Of a stretch of DNA of 64,000 bases, positions 40,998-51,610 are shown in pieces. The notes under the pieces are model-generated. The model searched no databases, had not been told where the DNA came from, and saw only the letters and a list, made by a program, of their open reading frames with translations. Position 1 is the stretch's first letter; each line of letters begins with the position of its first letter. The position numbers were made by a program, and so were the translations under genes. Source of the stretch: Patescibacteria group bacterium (GTDB lineage Bacteria; Patescibacteriota; Patescibacteriia; Patescibacteriales; UBA12075); contig JAHILH010000001.1 of assembly GCA_018897195.1 (NCBI GenBank), positions 476,565 to 540,564 of the forward strand, written 5' to 3'.

Positions 40998-41480
40998 TTA
41001 CATTCTCACCATCACCTCTACCACCCCATTCCCTAAATTAAATTTCGCACTCCGTCCGATGTGACCACCAGTTGATTCTGCCTTAACGGGTACATTTAAT
41101 AATTGTAAAATTTTTTCAGCCGCCTTAACATTTTCATTGCCAATTTTACTGGTATCGAAAACCTTAAACATGCTTGAACCGCCAACAATTTTAGCTTTTA
41201 GATTTTCTTTTTTTGCGCCAGCCCTAATAACATCGTCCACTAATTTAACAATTGCTTCATCAACATATTTACCAATACTATCGCTCTCATCAAATACAAA
41301 AACATCACTTTTTTTAGGAGTAACTCTGGTTGGTAACATAGAATGAACCGCGCCCCCGACCTTATTAAGGCTATCATAAAGACAAACAAAAACACAGGAG
41401 CCTATTCCCGATGTTGTAATAACGGCTCCACTTTTGGCAACAGCCATCTCGCCGGTATTTATATTGATTATCTGGTCCAT
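40998..41480 (-). CDS. cheD: Chemoreceptor glutamine deamidase CheD
   Basis: GIGSC, GGAVHSMLP, AKIVGGSSMF, IGNEN. Confidence 0.93.
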   Translation of the reverse strand: MDQIININTGEMAVAKSGAVITTSGIGSCVFVCLYDSLNKVGGAVHSMLPTRVTPKKSDVFVFDESDSIGKYVDEAIVKLVDDVIRAGAKKENLKAKIVGGSSMFKVFDTSKIGNENVKAAEKILQLLNVPVKAESTGGHIGRSAKFNLGNGVVEVMVRM

Positions 41481-41514
41481 GCCCTAAATATTAATTAGTC
41501 GATTATTATTGATC

Positions 41515-42126
41515 TTATTTATACTTATCTTCTATTGCCGCCAAGAGTTTAGCAGTTGCCGCTGGATCAACAATAAATAAAAATTTTGTTCCAACATTTA
41601 ACTCCTTAATATTAAATTTAACTTCAAAAATTAACACTACGCCAGAGACTTTGCCAATTTCAACAGCCACTGAATTCATAATCGAATCTGCTGTGTCGAC
41701 AACCACATCCGCAACGGAATGCAAAAGGCTCATGTTTAAAAACTTAGAAAAGGCCGACAATGAGGCTCCAGCCATAATATTACCAACCTCTTTTACAGCT
41801 GATACCTCTAACTCTTTTTGGCTGCCAGCACAGTCGACATCATCCATTAAAATAGTAGCTATTTTTGACTCATCGCCGTCGGAGAACATAAAAAACATTA
41901 CTCCACTTGCATCGCCATAAATCTTTAAAATAGCCGTTGTTACTTCCTCGTCTTTATTTTCAATAAATTTACTTAAATTTTGAATTTCATCAACATACGC
42001 CCTTGGCACTGATAAATCTACTTTTTTGTGAATCATTTGTGACAAAGCCGTTGAGGCATGGCTGGCACCGATGTTCATAATTTCCTTCAATTGATCGATT
42101 TGGAACTCATCTATTCTTTGTTGCAT
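41515..42126 (-). CDS. cheC: CheY-P phosphatase CheC (copy 3)
   Basis: EIMNIGASHASTALS and EVGNIMAG. Confidence 0.92.
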   Translation of the reverse strand: MQQRIDEFQIDQLKEIMNIGASHASTALSQMIHKKVDLSVPRAYVDEIQNLSKFIENKDEEVTTAILKIYGDASGVMFFMFSDGDESKIATILMDDVDCAGSQKELEVSAVKEVGNIMAGASLSAFSKFLNMSLLHSVADVVVDTADSIMNSVAVEIGKVSGVVLIFEVKFNIKELNVGTKFLFIVDPAATAKLLAAIEDKYK

Positions 42127-42172
42127 ATAATTATCTTGGTTAGCATGTAAAAAAATAATTTTTTACACAATT

Positions 42173-42784
42173 TTAATATTTTAATTTTAAAGCATCTAAC
42201 AATGTCTTTGTTGCCTTCGCATCAATAAAAAACATAAAATTTGTATCTATGTCCTGCTCTCCACTGATACTAAAATCAATTTGAAACATCAATGCCACGC
42301 CCTTCTCACCCACAACCTCGATACCGACCTTTTTAACTACATCAATTAAACTTCCACAAAAAACCTTAGAAAAAGAATGAAGCAAATTTAAATCTAAAAA
42401 TTTGGAAAAGGCGGTCAGTGAAGCGCCAACTAAAACATTACCGAGCTCCTCTACCACCGACGATTCAAGCTCTTTTTTTATTTTCTTATCTTTTATGTAC
42501 TTCAACAATAAATCAATTAATTTTTGCTCATTTTTATGCGAAAACAAAAAATACATCAAGCCATTAATGTCACCAAAGACTTTTATCAAAACCGCTCTTA
42601 CCTGATCATTGGGATTGGTAAAATATTTCTCAATATTATCAATAGTATCAATGTGCGCATATGGAATTGTCAAATCAACTGGCTGTTCAACCATTTGTGA
42701 CAAGGCCGTTGAAGCATGGCTAGCCCCAATATTCATAATTTCTTTCAGTTGATCGATCTGGAATTCACTTATTTCTAATTTCAT
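42173..42784 (-). CDS. cheC: CheY-P phosphatase CheC (copy 2)
   Basis: EIMNIGASHASTALS and ELGNVLVG. Confidence 0.92.
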   Translation of the reverse strand: MKLEISEFQIDQLKEIMNIGASHASTALSQMVEQPVDLTIPYAHIDTIDNIEKYFTNPNDQVRAVLIKVFGDINGLMYFLFSHKNEQKLIDLLLKYIKDKKIKKELESSVVEELGNVLVGASLTAFSKFLDLNLLHSFSKVFCGSLIDVVKKVGIEVVGEKGVALMFQIDFSISGEQDIDTNFMFFIDAKATKTLLDALKLKY

Positions 42785-42830
42785 AAAATTGTCTTTGATT
42801 AATGTGCTATAAATAATTATTCACACAACT

Positions 42831-43442
42831 CTAATATTTTAATTTTAAAGCATCTAATAATGTTTTTGTAGCCTTATCGTCAATAAAAAACATAAAATTA
42901 GTATCCACCTTGTCATCGCCAATCGTAAAATCAATTTGAAACATCAAAACTGTTCCATCCACGCCTACAGCTCCAGCACTGACTCTTTCCACAACCTCCC
43001 TTAGGGTTCCGTCCAACACTTCAGAGGCTGAATGGGGCAAGTTTAAGTTCATAAATTTGGAAAAAGCCGCCAATGACGCCCCTGACAAAATATTACCAAG
43101 CTCTTCAACAACCGTCGCATTTAGCTCATCTTTAATACTTTTGTCTTTTATGCCAAGCAACAATAAATCGGTTAATTTTTTCTTATTTTTATACGAAAAT
43201 AAAAAATACATTGCCCCCTTAATATCACCGGAGACTTTTACCAGAGCCGCACTAATTGTTTCATCACATTGACTATAATATTTATTAACGTTGTTAACTG
43301 TATCCATATGAACAAAGGGTATTGACAATCCCACCGGCTGATTAACCAACCGCGAAAGCGCCGTTGAGGCGTGGCTGGCACCAATATTCATAATCTCCAT
43401 GAGTTGATCAATTTGAATTTCATCCAATTTGGTTTGTAGCAT
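42831..43442 (-). CDS. cheC: CheY-P phosphatase CheC (copy 1)
   Basis: EIMNIGASHASTALS and ELGNILSG. Confidence 0.92.
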   Translation of the reverse strand: MLQTKLDEIQIDQLMEIMNIGASHASTALSRLVNQPVGLSIPFVHMDTVNNVNKYYSQCDETISAALVKVSGDIKGAMYFLFSYKNKKKLTDLLLLGIKDKSIKDELNATVVEELGNILSGASLAAFSKFMNLNLPHSASEVLDGTLREVVERVSAGAVGVDGTVLMFQIDFTIGDDKVDTNFMFFIDDKATKTLLDALKLKY

Positions 43443-43446
43443 ATTT

Positions 43447-45309
43447 TTATTTCTTAAAATTTGTTAATAATAAATTCACAATATCTAAAATTAAAATTGT
43501 CCGACCATCACCCAGGATTGTTGAACCAGAAAAACCCCTGACATTTCGCAAAATTGGTGACAATGGCTTCACTGTCACTTCCTGCTCACCCACTAACTTG
43601 TCTATCACTAAGCCAATTAATTCATCGCCTTTCTTAACAATCACTACCACCTTGTCAACATTTTTAAGCACTTCATCGTCAGCTTTCTCACTCTTTTCAA
43701 TGACATGATTATTGTCAACAACAATTATATTGCCAAATTTCTCCCGCAAATCAATCAAGGGCACTTTTATGCCATCAACAATGGCAACATTATTGTCAGC
43801 CATTCTTTTTATATTTTCAGCATTAACTAAAACAGATCTATCAATATTGGAAAAAGGGATAGCATAAATCAATTCACCAACCTCCACCAATAAAGAATTA
43901 ATGATTGCCAAAGTCAAAGGCAGTTCTAAAGTGAACCGCGCACCTGGATTTAGATTTTCAACAATAACTCGACCACCAGATGATTCCGCGAATGATTTAA
44001 CTACATTCAAGCCAACACCACGACCGGAAATTTCGGTAACCACATCGTTGGTAGAAAGTTTTGGATGGAATAACAAATTCATAACTTCCTGATTGGTCAT
44101 AAGATCAACCTCCTTGGCGCTAGCAATGCCTCTTTTAACAGCGGCCTGCTTAACTTTTTCTATATCAATTGACTGATCATTATTCTCCACGATTATTAAA
44201 GCATTTTCACGGTCACGTTTTGCTTCCAATCTTACGTAACCTTCTGTTTTAATGCCGTGGTCAATAGCGTTTCTAAGTAGATGTACTAATGGCTCTCCCA
44301 ACTTGTCAACAATTGATCGATCTAATTCTAAATCAGAGCCATGAACAAAAAATTCCACTTTCTTCTCCTGCCTCTTTGATAAGTCCCTAACCATACGTGG
44401 GAAACGAGCAAAAACCTGCTCCACCGGCACCAATCGTGCTTGCATCACTTCATACTGCAGACTTTGAATTAATAAGCCGACGTGGTCCGTAACTTCTTGC
44501 AACTCTTTATTTTTTAAACCCATGCGCTGTAAGGCCATTTTGTCTATTACCAACTCCTCCACCAAATCCATCAAAGCATCTAATCTTTTTATCGGCACTT
44601 TAATATATTCAATTTTTTTAACCGAATCATCAATCTCGTCCCTGCCAGTCCCAGTCTTTGTTTTTATCGTTTTTTGGTTATCAATATCCTTATCTTCGAT
44701 TTTTGGTTCTTCGATTTTTGGTTCTTCGATTTTTGGTTCTTCGATTTTTGGTTCTTCGATTTTTGGTTCTTCGATTTTTGGTTCTTCGATTTTGATCTCA
44801 ACTGACCGTGGCACTTCCAACCCTGCTTTTATTTGATTTTCCGCTTTTGCATCCTCCGCTTTTGCATCCTCCGCCTTTTTTCTATTTGACTTGCCGACCC
44901 CTTCAGTATTAACGCCAGTTGCTTTTTTTAACTCATCAGCCAAACCCTTTAAGACCAATTCCTTGTCAGTCTGCTTAATCGAATCCAAGGATTCCTCTAG
45001 CTTATCAACTGCCTGAAAGGCATAATCAATCATTTCTGGAGTCAGCTCCACGATGTTGTTTCGCGCGCCATCATAAACATCTTCCATGACATGAGCCAAA
45101 TAAGCCATATCAATAAAACTCATCGTTGCTGAAGAGCCTTTAATGGTATGCGAGGCTCGCATCAAGACATCTAAAACATCTTTTACAGAATCATTAGATT
45201 CGCCATTATTAATTGCCTTTTCCAAAACAAGCAAATTTTCATTTAAAATTTGCAGCTGATCCTCACTTTCGGAAACGTATAAATCTTTAAATTTTGAGAT
45301 GTCGGTCAT
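43447..45309 (-). CDS. cheA: Chemotaxis histidine kinase CheA
   Basis: Hpt HTIKG, HLLRNAIDHG, SGRGVGL, LPLTLAI, CheW-like P5. Confidence 0.96.
   Translation of the reverse strand: MTDISKFKDLYVSESEDQLQILNENLLVLEKAINNGESNDSVKDVLDVLMRASHTIKGSSATMSFIDMAYLAHVMEDVYDGARNNIVELTPEMIDYAFQAVDKLEESLDSIKQTDKELVLKGLADELKKATGVNTEGVGKSNRKKAEDAKAEDAKAENQIKAGLEVPRSVEIKIEEPKIEEPKIEEPKIEEPKIEEPKIEEPKIEDKDIDNQKTIKTKTGTGRDEIDDSVKKIEYIKVPIKRLDALMDLVEELVIDKMALQRMGLKNKELQEVTDHVGLLIQSLQYEVMQARLVPVEQVFARFPRMVRDLSKRQEKKVEFFVHGSDLELDRSIVDKLGEPLVHLLRNAIDHGIKTEGYVRLEAKRDRENALIIVENNDQSIDIEKVKQAAVKRGIASAKEVDLMTNQEVMNLLFHPKLSTNDVVTEISGRGVGLNVVKSFAESSGGRVIVENLNPGARFTLELPLTLAIINSLLVEVGELIYAIPFSNIDRSVLVNAENIKRMADNNVAIVDGIKVPLIDLREKFGNIIVVDNNHVIEKSEKADDEVLKNVDKVVVIVKKGDELIGLVIDKLVGEQEVTVKPLSPILRNVRGFSGSTILGDGRTILILDIVNLLLTNFKK
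44701..44790. repeat. Six perfect 15-bp tandem repeats in cheA (IEEPK x6)
   Basis: TTTTGGTTCTTCGAT x6. Confidence 0.95.
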
Positions 45310-45362
45310 GTTTGAAAATTTTAAACTTATAAAAAAATATTTATTGATAATGTAAAATTAAA

Positions 45363-46403
45363 TTAAAAACATAATTCTTTTATTTTTTTAATTATATCTT
45401 TAACCCCCAAGCTCTCATCAATCACACCCGTATCCCAAGCAGAACGAGGCATTGAATCAACAACTGCCTCTTCTGGTAGTTGTGTAATTGTATAGCCACT
45501 CTCATTTTCAATTTCAACCATACCATCACTACCGTCTCGGCCCATACCAGTCAAAACGATTCCCATGGTTTTTTTTCCATAAAGTTTCGCTACCGATTCC
45601 ATGGTATAATCAATCGAAGGACGAAAACCATTTCGCAACGGTTTGTCATCCAAATGAATAACTACGCGCCCATCAACCATTTTATTCAACAACATGTGCT
45701 TACCACCTCTGGCAATAATACATTTACCAGGCAAAAGTTCTTCTCCCTCTGATGCTTCCACAACACTTAACTCAGACAGGCCATCCAATCGATTGGCTAA
45801 ACTAGCCGTAAAATGCTCAGGCATGTGCTGCACCACTAGAATTGGTGCCTTGATATCCTTCGCCAATGAAGAAATTATTTCTTCTATTACTGGCGGTCCG
45901 CCGGTTGAGGCTCCAATAACCACGACGCTAATCTTGCTATCTTTTTTAATTTTTTCCTTTCTTTCTATTTCTTTATAATCTGTTTTTTTAACCTTAGCCG
46001 CTATTTTAATCTTATTAATCAACTCTCTTTGAATTTTTTTGATATCCAGGGATAGCTCGCCTGATGGTTTGGGAATAAAATCGATGGCTCCATGTTTTAA
46101 ACACTCCAATGTTTCTGTCGCTCCTTCCATGGTATTTCCTGACACCATTAGAATTGCAGGAAAAATATCCATAGCAGCCTTGATCTTTTTAATCGCCTCC
46201 AAACCATTCACTAGGGGCATATTATAATCCATGGTAATGACATCGGGGCGCAGAATTTTTGTCTTCAAAAAAGCATCTTCTCCATCTATGGCCTCGCCAA
46301 CAATATCGATTTCCGGATCATCCTTTAATAGCTCGATTAATATTTTTCTTGTCAAGAAACTATCATCAACTATTAGCAATCTTATTTTTTCATCTTTATT
46401 CAT
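45363..46403 (-). CDS. cheB: Chemotaxis methylesterase CheB
   Basis: Receiver domain plus GASTGG, QHMP, LTGMGRDG. Confidence 0.96.
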   Translation of the reverse strand: MNKDEKIRLLIVDDSFLTRKILIELLKDDPEIDIVGEAIDGEDAFLKTKILRPDVITMDYNMPLVNGLEAIKKIKAAMDIFPAILMVSGNTMEGATETLECLKHGAIDFIPKPSGELSLDIKKIQRELINKIKIAAKVKKTDYKEIERKEKIKKDSKISVVVIGASTGGPPVIEEIISSLAKDIKAPILVVQHMPEHFTASLANRLDGLSELSVVEASEGEELLPGKCIIARGGKHMLLNKMVDGRVVIHLDDKPLRNGFRPSIDYTMESVAKLYGKKTMGIVLTGMGRDGSDGMVEIENESGYTITQLPEEAVVDSMPRSAWDTGVIDESLGVKDIIKKIKELCF

Positions 46404-46412
46404 AACATAAAA

Positions 46413-46775
46413 TTAAGCCATGACTTGTTCAATCGTTTCTAACATTTTATCCTTATCAAATGGCTTGACAAGGTAGCCCTTGGCACCATAATCAGTCGCT
46501 TTTTTAATGACGTTTTCTTGTCCAATAGCGCTTACCATAATCACATTCACCTCTTTACCAATCTCTTTAACCACGGCAATTCCGTCAATTTCTGGCATGA
46601 TTATATCCAAGAGGATCAAGTCTGGCTTTTCGGCGTGATATTTCTCAAGCGCCTCTCGACCGTTTGAAGCTTCAATAATATTCGTAAATCCAGCCTCTTG
46701 TAAAATTTCTTTTAGCACTTTTTTTATCAAAATACTATTATCAACTATTAACACCTTTATTGCTTTATTCATCAT
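46413..46775 (-). CDS. cheY: Chemotaxis response regulator CheY (copy 2)
   Basis: DNS, LLDIIMP, SA, KPF. Confidence 0.88.
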   Translation of the reverse strand: MMNKAIKVLIVDNSILIKKVLKEILQEAGFTNIIEASNGREALEKYHAEKPDLILLDIIMPEIDGIAVVKEIGKEVNVIMVSAIGQENVIKKATDYGAKGYLVKPFDKDKMLETIEQVMA

Positions 46776-46797
46776 ATAATACAAAATTAATCAAAAA

Positions 46798-47157
46798 TTA
46801 ACCAACTACTTTCTCAATTGTTTCCAATACTTTACTCTTGTCAAATGGCTTAACAATAAACGCCTTCGCGCCATATTCAGTAGCCTCTTTTATGACACTC
46901 TCCTGTCCAACAGCACTAACCATGATAACATTGGCTTCCTTGCCAATCTCCTTAACCACGGCCACGCCGTCGACTTCTGGCATAATCACATCCAAAAGAA
47001 CCAAATCTGGCTTTTCAGCATGATATTTTTCTAATGCTTCTCTACCATTTGAAGCTTCGATAAAATTTGTAAACCCTGCTCCCTGCAAAATATCTTTCAA
47101 TACTTTTCTCATAAAAGCCGAGTCATCTGACATTAAAATTTTAATATCTGTTTTCAT
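46798..47157 (-). CDS. cheY: Chemotaxis response regulator CheY (copy 1)
   Basis: DDSAFMR, LDVIMP, VSAVGQE, KPF (Firmicutes/archaeal CheY signature). Confidence 0.9.
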   Translation of the reverse strand: MKTDIKILMSDDSAFMRKVLKDILQGAGFTNFIEASNGREALEKYHAEKPDLVLLDVIMPEVDGVAVVKEIGKEANVIMVSAVGQESVIKEATEYGAKAFIVKPFDKSKVLETIEKVVG

Positions 47158-47218
47158 ATTTTTAGTATCTAATAATGACAAATCAATGATCTTGCCATCA
47201 TTATTTAAATTAATAAAA

Positions 47219-47803
47219 TTATTTTTCTGTTATATCCTTGATTGTTTTACCAAGTTGTAACAACTCCTTCTCCTGAAGCATTTTCTGTAAATCTAAGAGA
47301 ATTACTAAGCGGGAACCATTTTTCTTTTCCTGGTCATTCTTTTTTTTCTCCTGATCAATGATCACCACTACTCCTTTGAGATATTCGGCATGAATTTTTG
47401 ACGAAACCAAGGCTGGTGTTGCTTGGATTGATGACACTGGCACGGTAATGATTTCGCTAACTCTATCAACAATTACACCAAAATTATTACCATCCACTTC
47501 GGTAATTATTATATTACCATCAATCCGATCACTATTATCCCGAACCAAATTAAATCTTTTTTCCAAATCAACAACCACACTTATTTTTCCTCTTAAATTC
47601 AAGATACCGCTAATAAAATGAGGCGCATTAGGGATGGGCGTAATGTCTGGAATTGTGATTATTTCTTGCAAATCAGCAATCTCTACCGCATATTCCTCCT
47701 TATCAAGCTCAAAGACAACTAATTGCATTGTTTTCTCAATTTTGTTTTTATCTTGATCTTGTTGCCTGGCAACATTTTTAATTGTATCTTCAACAGTGCT
47801 CAT
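47219..47803 (-). CDS. cheW: Chemotaxis coupling protein CheW
   Basis: QLVVFEL..EEYA, ITPIPNAP..GILNLRG, GVIVD. Confidence 0.95.
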   Translation of the reverse strand: MSTVEDTIKNVARQQDQDKNKIEKTMQLVVFELDKEEYAVEIADLQEIITIPDITPIPNAPHFISGILNLRGKISVVVDLEKRFNLVRDNSDRIDGNIIITEVDGNNFGVIVDRVSEIITVPVSSIQATPALVSSKIHAEYLKGVVVIIDQEKKKNDQEKKNGSRLVILLDLQKMLQEKELLQLGKTIKDITEK

Positions 47804-47864
47804 ATTTTTCTTCACCACGCCACAGCTTTAGCATTGGCGGGCTTTGTAATTAAATATTTATAGC

Positions 47865-49601
47865 TTATTCTTCATCCCCATCTTCATCTTCCTCACCTTC
47901 TAACTCTTCCTGCTTTACCGCCTTTTTCTTGACTATCTTTTTAACACTAACCTTTTGTTCAATATTGTCACCCACCTCACTGACTGCTCTTATCAAGCTC
48001 ATCAAATCAGTTGAAAGCGCTTGTAATTGCTGTGCGGCGGCGGCCACCTGTTGATTCGCTGAACTTTGCTGTTGCGTTGTGGCTGATAGTTGTTGTGCGC
48101 CGGCTGAATTTTGTTCCGCAATTGAAGTAATTGAATCCATACTCTTAGCAATCTGTTGTGTGCTGGCTGCTTGTTGTTGAATGCCAGCTGACAACTCTTG
48201 AATCTTGGCAGAAACCTGCATTACTGATGCGGAAATATTTTGCAATGAACTAATAGTGCCATTAATAACCACCGAGCTCTCCTCCACTGTCTTGGTTCCC
48301 TCTTCGGCCACCCTGGTCGTTTCGTCAATACTGGAAATCATGTCAGCAACCAAAAGCTTAATCTGATCAGCGGCGCTACTTGAGCCCTCAGCTAATTTTC
48401 TCACTTCATCAGCCACCACCGCAAAACCACGACCCGCTTCGCCCGCACGCGCTGCTTCAATATTGGCATTCAAGGCTAAAAGATTTGTTTGCTTGGCAAT
48501 ACCGGTTATTGTTTCCACAATGTCGCCAATCTTTTTTGATTTTCCAGATACACCCTTAGTCATTGTCGCTGTATTTGAAACAATACTCTTAATAGCATCT
48601 AAACTTGATCTTGATTTTTCACTAGCTTGTCCAGCCTCTTGCGCTAAATCGGAAGACTTTTCTGCCGTCGAAGCTGCCTCTTGGGCCGAAGCGGACATTT
48701 GCTGCACTGAGCTCGCCATAGCAGAAATCGCTTTACCGACATCTCCAGCCTGTCTTGATTGTTCAGTGGCACCAGCTGCCACTTGCTGTGAAATTGACGA
48801 TGTCTGTTGTGCGGCTGCAGAGTTCTGTTGTGCAGTCGCTGCCAAAGCATTAGCCGAGGAAATCATTTGAGAAATTGAGCTATTCAAACGATAATTGACC
48901 GACTTGGTGATAATATAAATAGCCAATCCGCCGATAACTACACCCAGGACTGACAAAGCGTATATCATTAATAATAGGAAATTAAGCCTGCTTGCGGAAT
49001 TATCCATGTCGTCTTGAAATATTTTTTCTACGTTAGCGTTAATAACTTTTATTCCAGCTGTCATTTCCGCATAATGTCTATCAAATAAATCCATTTTCCC
49101 TGCAATCATTGCCTGATCTTTAGCCCGATAAGCCGCTAAAATACCATTCTTGTATTCCTCCTGAGAAGTCATGCTAGCATCCATTGCTTTTAAACTTGCC
49201 AAATCCTCCTTGTTAAAAAAACTAGCATCCGTGGTTGTTAGTTCGCCCAACTGTTCCAGAAAAATTTTTTTATTTTCATTAAACAAGCCTTCGCCCTTCA
49301 TAATAGCATCTTCCATTTTCATATTTCCGGAATAGTCGGTCTCACCATTTTTTATGGCGAATAGATAATCCGCCATTCCTTCCACAAATGAAGCATGCGA
49401 CGAATACATTTTTTCCACAGCTATGTCCATCTTGTTCAAGCTAACCACAATCTCGTTAGAGATAATTGCCTGATTAATATCTGTTTGAATTATCTTCATG
49501 CTAAAAAAGATAATTCCCAAGAAAATCAGAAAAACAACAAAAATGGAAGCAAAGCCCAAAATAATTCTTTTGCCGATTGTTAAATTTTTAAAATCCATCA
49601 T
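47865..49601 (-). CDS. Methyl-accepting chemotaxis protein
   Basis: Two TMs; [37 protein letters not shown]. Confidence 0.96.
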   Translation of the reverse strand: MMDFKNLTIGKRIILGFASIFVVFLIFLGIIFFSMKIIQTDINQAIISNEIVVSLNKMDIAVEKMYSSHASFVEGMADYLFAIKNGETDYSGNMKMEDAIMKGEGLFNENKKIFLEQLGELTTTDASFFNKEDLASLKAMDASMTSQEEYKNGILAAYRAKDQAMIAGKMDLFDRHYAEMTAGIKVINANVEKIFQDDMDNSASRLNFLLLMIYALSVLGVVIGGLAIYIITKSVNYRLNSSISQMISSANALAATAQQNSAAAQQTSSISQQVAAGATEQSRQAGDVGKAISAMASSVQQMSASAQEAASTAEKSSDLAQEAGQASEKSRSSLDAIKSIVSNTATMTKGVSGKSKKIGDIVETITGIAKQTNLLALNANIEAARAGEAGRGFAVVADEVRKLAEGSSSAADQIKLLVADMISSIDETTRVAEEGTKTVEESSVVINGTISSLQNISASVMQVSAKIQELSAGIQQQAASTQQIAKSMDSITSIAEQNSAGAQQLSATTQQQSSANQQVAAAAQQLQALSTDLMSLIRAVSEVGDNIEQKVSVKKIVKKKAVKQEELEGEEDEDGDEE

Positions 49602-49737
49602 TTTTTTATATAGAGCAATTGATATTGATACGATTATTAATCATAAGAAAATATCAATTTGCCAAAGTTATTATTTTACAAATTAATTATAACATAATTT
49701 TACAGAAGCGACTAATCTTCTTCTGTGGATAAATATT

Positions 49738-51363
49738 CTACTTCCTAGTTCTATAAACCAAATCTCTTAACAAATCAGATAAACCAGCAACCTGGGAGGA
49801 TATTTTGGAAATACCCTTGTTGGATAAATTAAGCTCTTTAATAATATCTAATAATTTACTAGCATTCATCGAATTTTGCTCAGTAACGCTTGACACAGAG
49901 TCAAAGGCATTGGTTATTTCCTGCACGCTCTCCGTTTGCTTTCGCACACCGATAAATAATTCCGCGGTTCTGGCAACAACTACTTCAATTGATTCTGTTA
50001 TTTGAGCTAATTCAACAATCATATTATCAACATCGTTCATGCCCTTAGTCATTATTTTTTCACCAGTATCAGCCGACTCCACAGTCTCGCTAATACCCAT
50101 TGTTAGATCATCGATCAATTTTCTAATATCCTCCGTGGCTTTATTTGTCTCATCGGCTAATTTTCGCACTTCCTCTGCAACAATCGCGAAACCGCGACCA
50201 GCTTCACCGGCGGCAGCTGCCTCAATTGAAGCGTTAAGAGCTAATAAATTTGTTTGTTCGGAAATATTATCAATGACTCCAACAATATTATAAATACTTT
50301 TTGATTTGTAAGACATTCCTTGTGCAATTTCCAGAGTGTTCATGACAATATTCCTAATATCGCTCAAACTTTTTTGTGAATTACGGCTATTACCCTCAGC
50401 TCGTTTGGCCATTTGCGAGGCCAGTGATACTGAATCATTAGCCTCTTTAATAACACTTGAAATTTGCTCAGCTGACTCTGCCATCTCTCTTACTAATAAT
50501 GATATTTCTCCTGATTTTCTGGATTGCATTATAGCTCCCTCGGCCACTTCGCTAGAAATATTAGACACATTCTCTGATATTTCCTTATTTTTACTAAGAA
50601 AGCTAATAATATTTGAAGCCATTTTCTTTACATCCCTAATTGGTGATACTAATATTGCCCTAATTGTTTTAGAAAAATGTCGCGAAAAAAATATACCCAC
50701 TATGACAATAAAGACAATCATAAAAACATTGAGAAGCATTAGGATTTTCAAAAAATTACCGATAGTTATTGCATTAACGCTATATTTTTCATTTAATTTA
50801 CGACTTAGGCGCGATATATCACCCAATGCCTCATTATAGATATTGTCAAAATTATTCAAATTTTCCTGAATGTCATTATCATGCTCATGGTAAGAGCTTA
50901 GTAACTTATCATTTACTTCTTGCAAGAGGACTGATTTTTCTTTAAGTCGCTGAGCAGACAAGACAACATCGCCATCAATCTTGGGGATATTTTCAATATT
51001 GCTCAAGCTGCCCGAAACATCAGCCATAATCTTCAAAAATAGCTCATTTCCCTTATCATAGTACCCCTCTTCTTGTTTTTTTACTTCCCCGGCAGAAATA
51101 GTAGCCAAACCATTAGAGGACACTAAATAGCCGATCTGGTATAAATGACTAACGTCTTTTATCTGTGCAATTTTCATACCCAACTCCTCAACATAAGAAT
51201 TGGAATAAATAATATTATTAATAGTTGATTCGACATTATCCCTGACCACTGACAAGACAATTAAAAAAATACCCCCCATGAGGGCGGTAAAAACGAAGAT
51301 AATAAAAAATCCAAAACTAATTTTTTGGATAACAGTCTGTTTTTTCCCCTTAATTAATGACAT
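49738..51363 (-). CDS. Methyl-accepting chemotaxis protein
   Basis: Two TMs; [37 protein letters not shown]. Confidence 0.95.
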   Translation of the reverse strand: MSLIKGKKQTVIQKISFGFFIIFVFTALMGGIFLIVLSVVRDNVESTINNIIYSNSYVEELGMKIAQIKDVSHLYQIGYLVSSNGLATISAGEVKKQEEGYYDKGNELFLKIMADVSGSLSNIENIPKIDGDVVLSAQRLKEKSVLLQEVNDKLLSSYHEHDNDIQENLNNFDNIYNEALGDISRLSRKLNEKYSVNAITIGNFLKILMLLNVFMIVFIVIVGIFFSRHFSKTIRAILVSPIRDVKKMASNIISFLSKNKEISENVSNISSEVAEGAIMQSRKSGEISLLVREMAESAEQISSVIKEANDSVSLASQMAKRAEGNSRNSQKSLSDIRNIVMNTLEIAQGMSYKSKSIYNIVGVIDNISEQTNLLALNASIEAAAAGEAGRGFAIVAEEVRKLADETNKATEDIRKLIDDLTMGISETVESADTGEKIMTKGMNDVDNMIVELAQITESIEVVVARTAELFIGVRKQTESVQEITNAFDSVSSVTEQNSMNASKLLDIIKELNLSNKGISKISSQVAGLSDLLRDLVYRTRK

Positions 51364-51610
51364 AAAATTATTATAACATAAAAATATATAAGAACAAAAT
51401 ATTTGTTTCGTTTAACAAATTTAACAAACATTAAAACGTAAAAAAAGTAAAAGAAAAAATTTCTCTTACCATCCTAAAGATTTAAAAAGTAATACCAGTC
51501 TCCATTACAAAATTTTTAACAAAACATATATAACAATTAAAAGCGCAAATTCTATTGAAAGCACTTTAAAAATCGTTATGCCAATTTTGTCAGTATCTAT
51601 TATCATGTTT

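Noticed and set aside
44701..44790. CRISPR-like array
   Set aside because: Contiguous 15-bp coding repeats with no spacers; no cas genes in the window
47814..47841. GC-rich hairpin upstream of cheW (also 54706-54732)
   Set aside because: Single degenerate copies; cannot be supported as a family from this window
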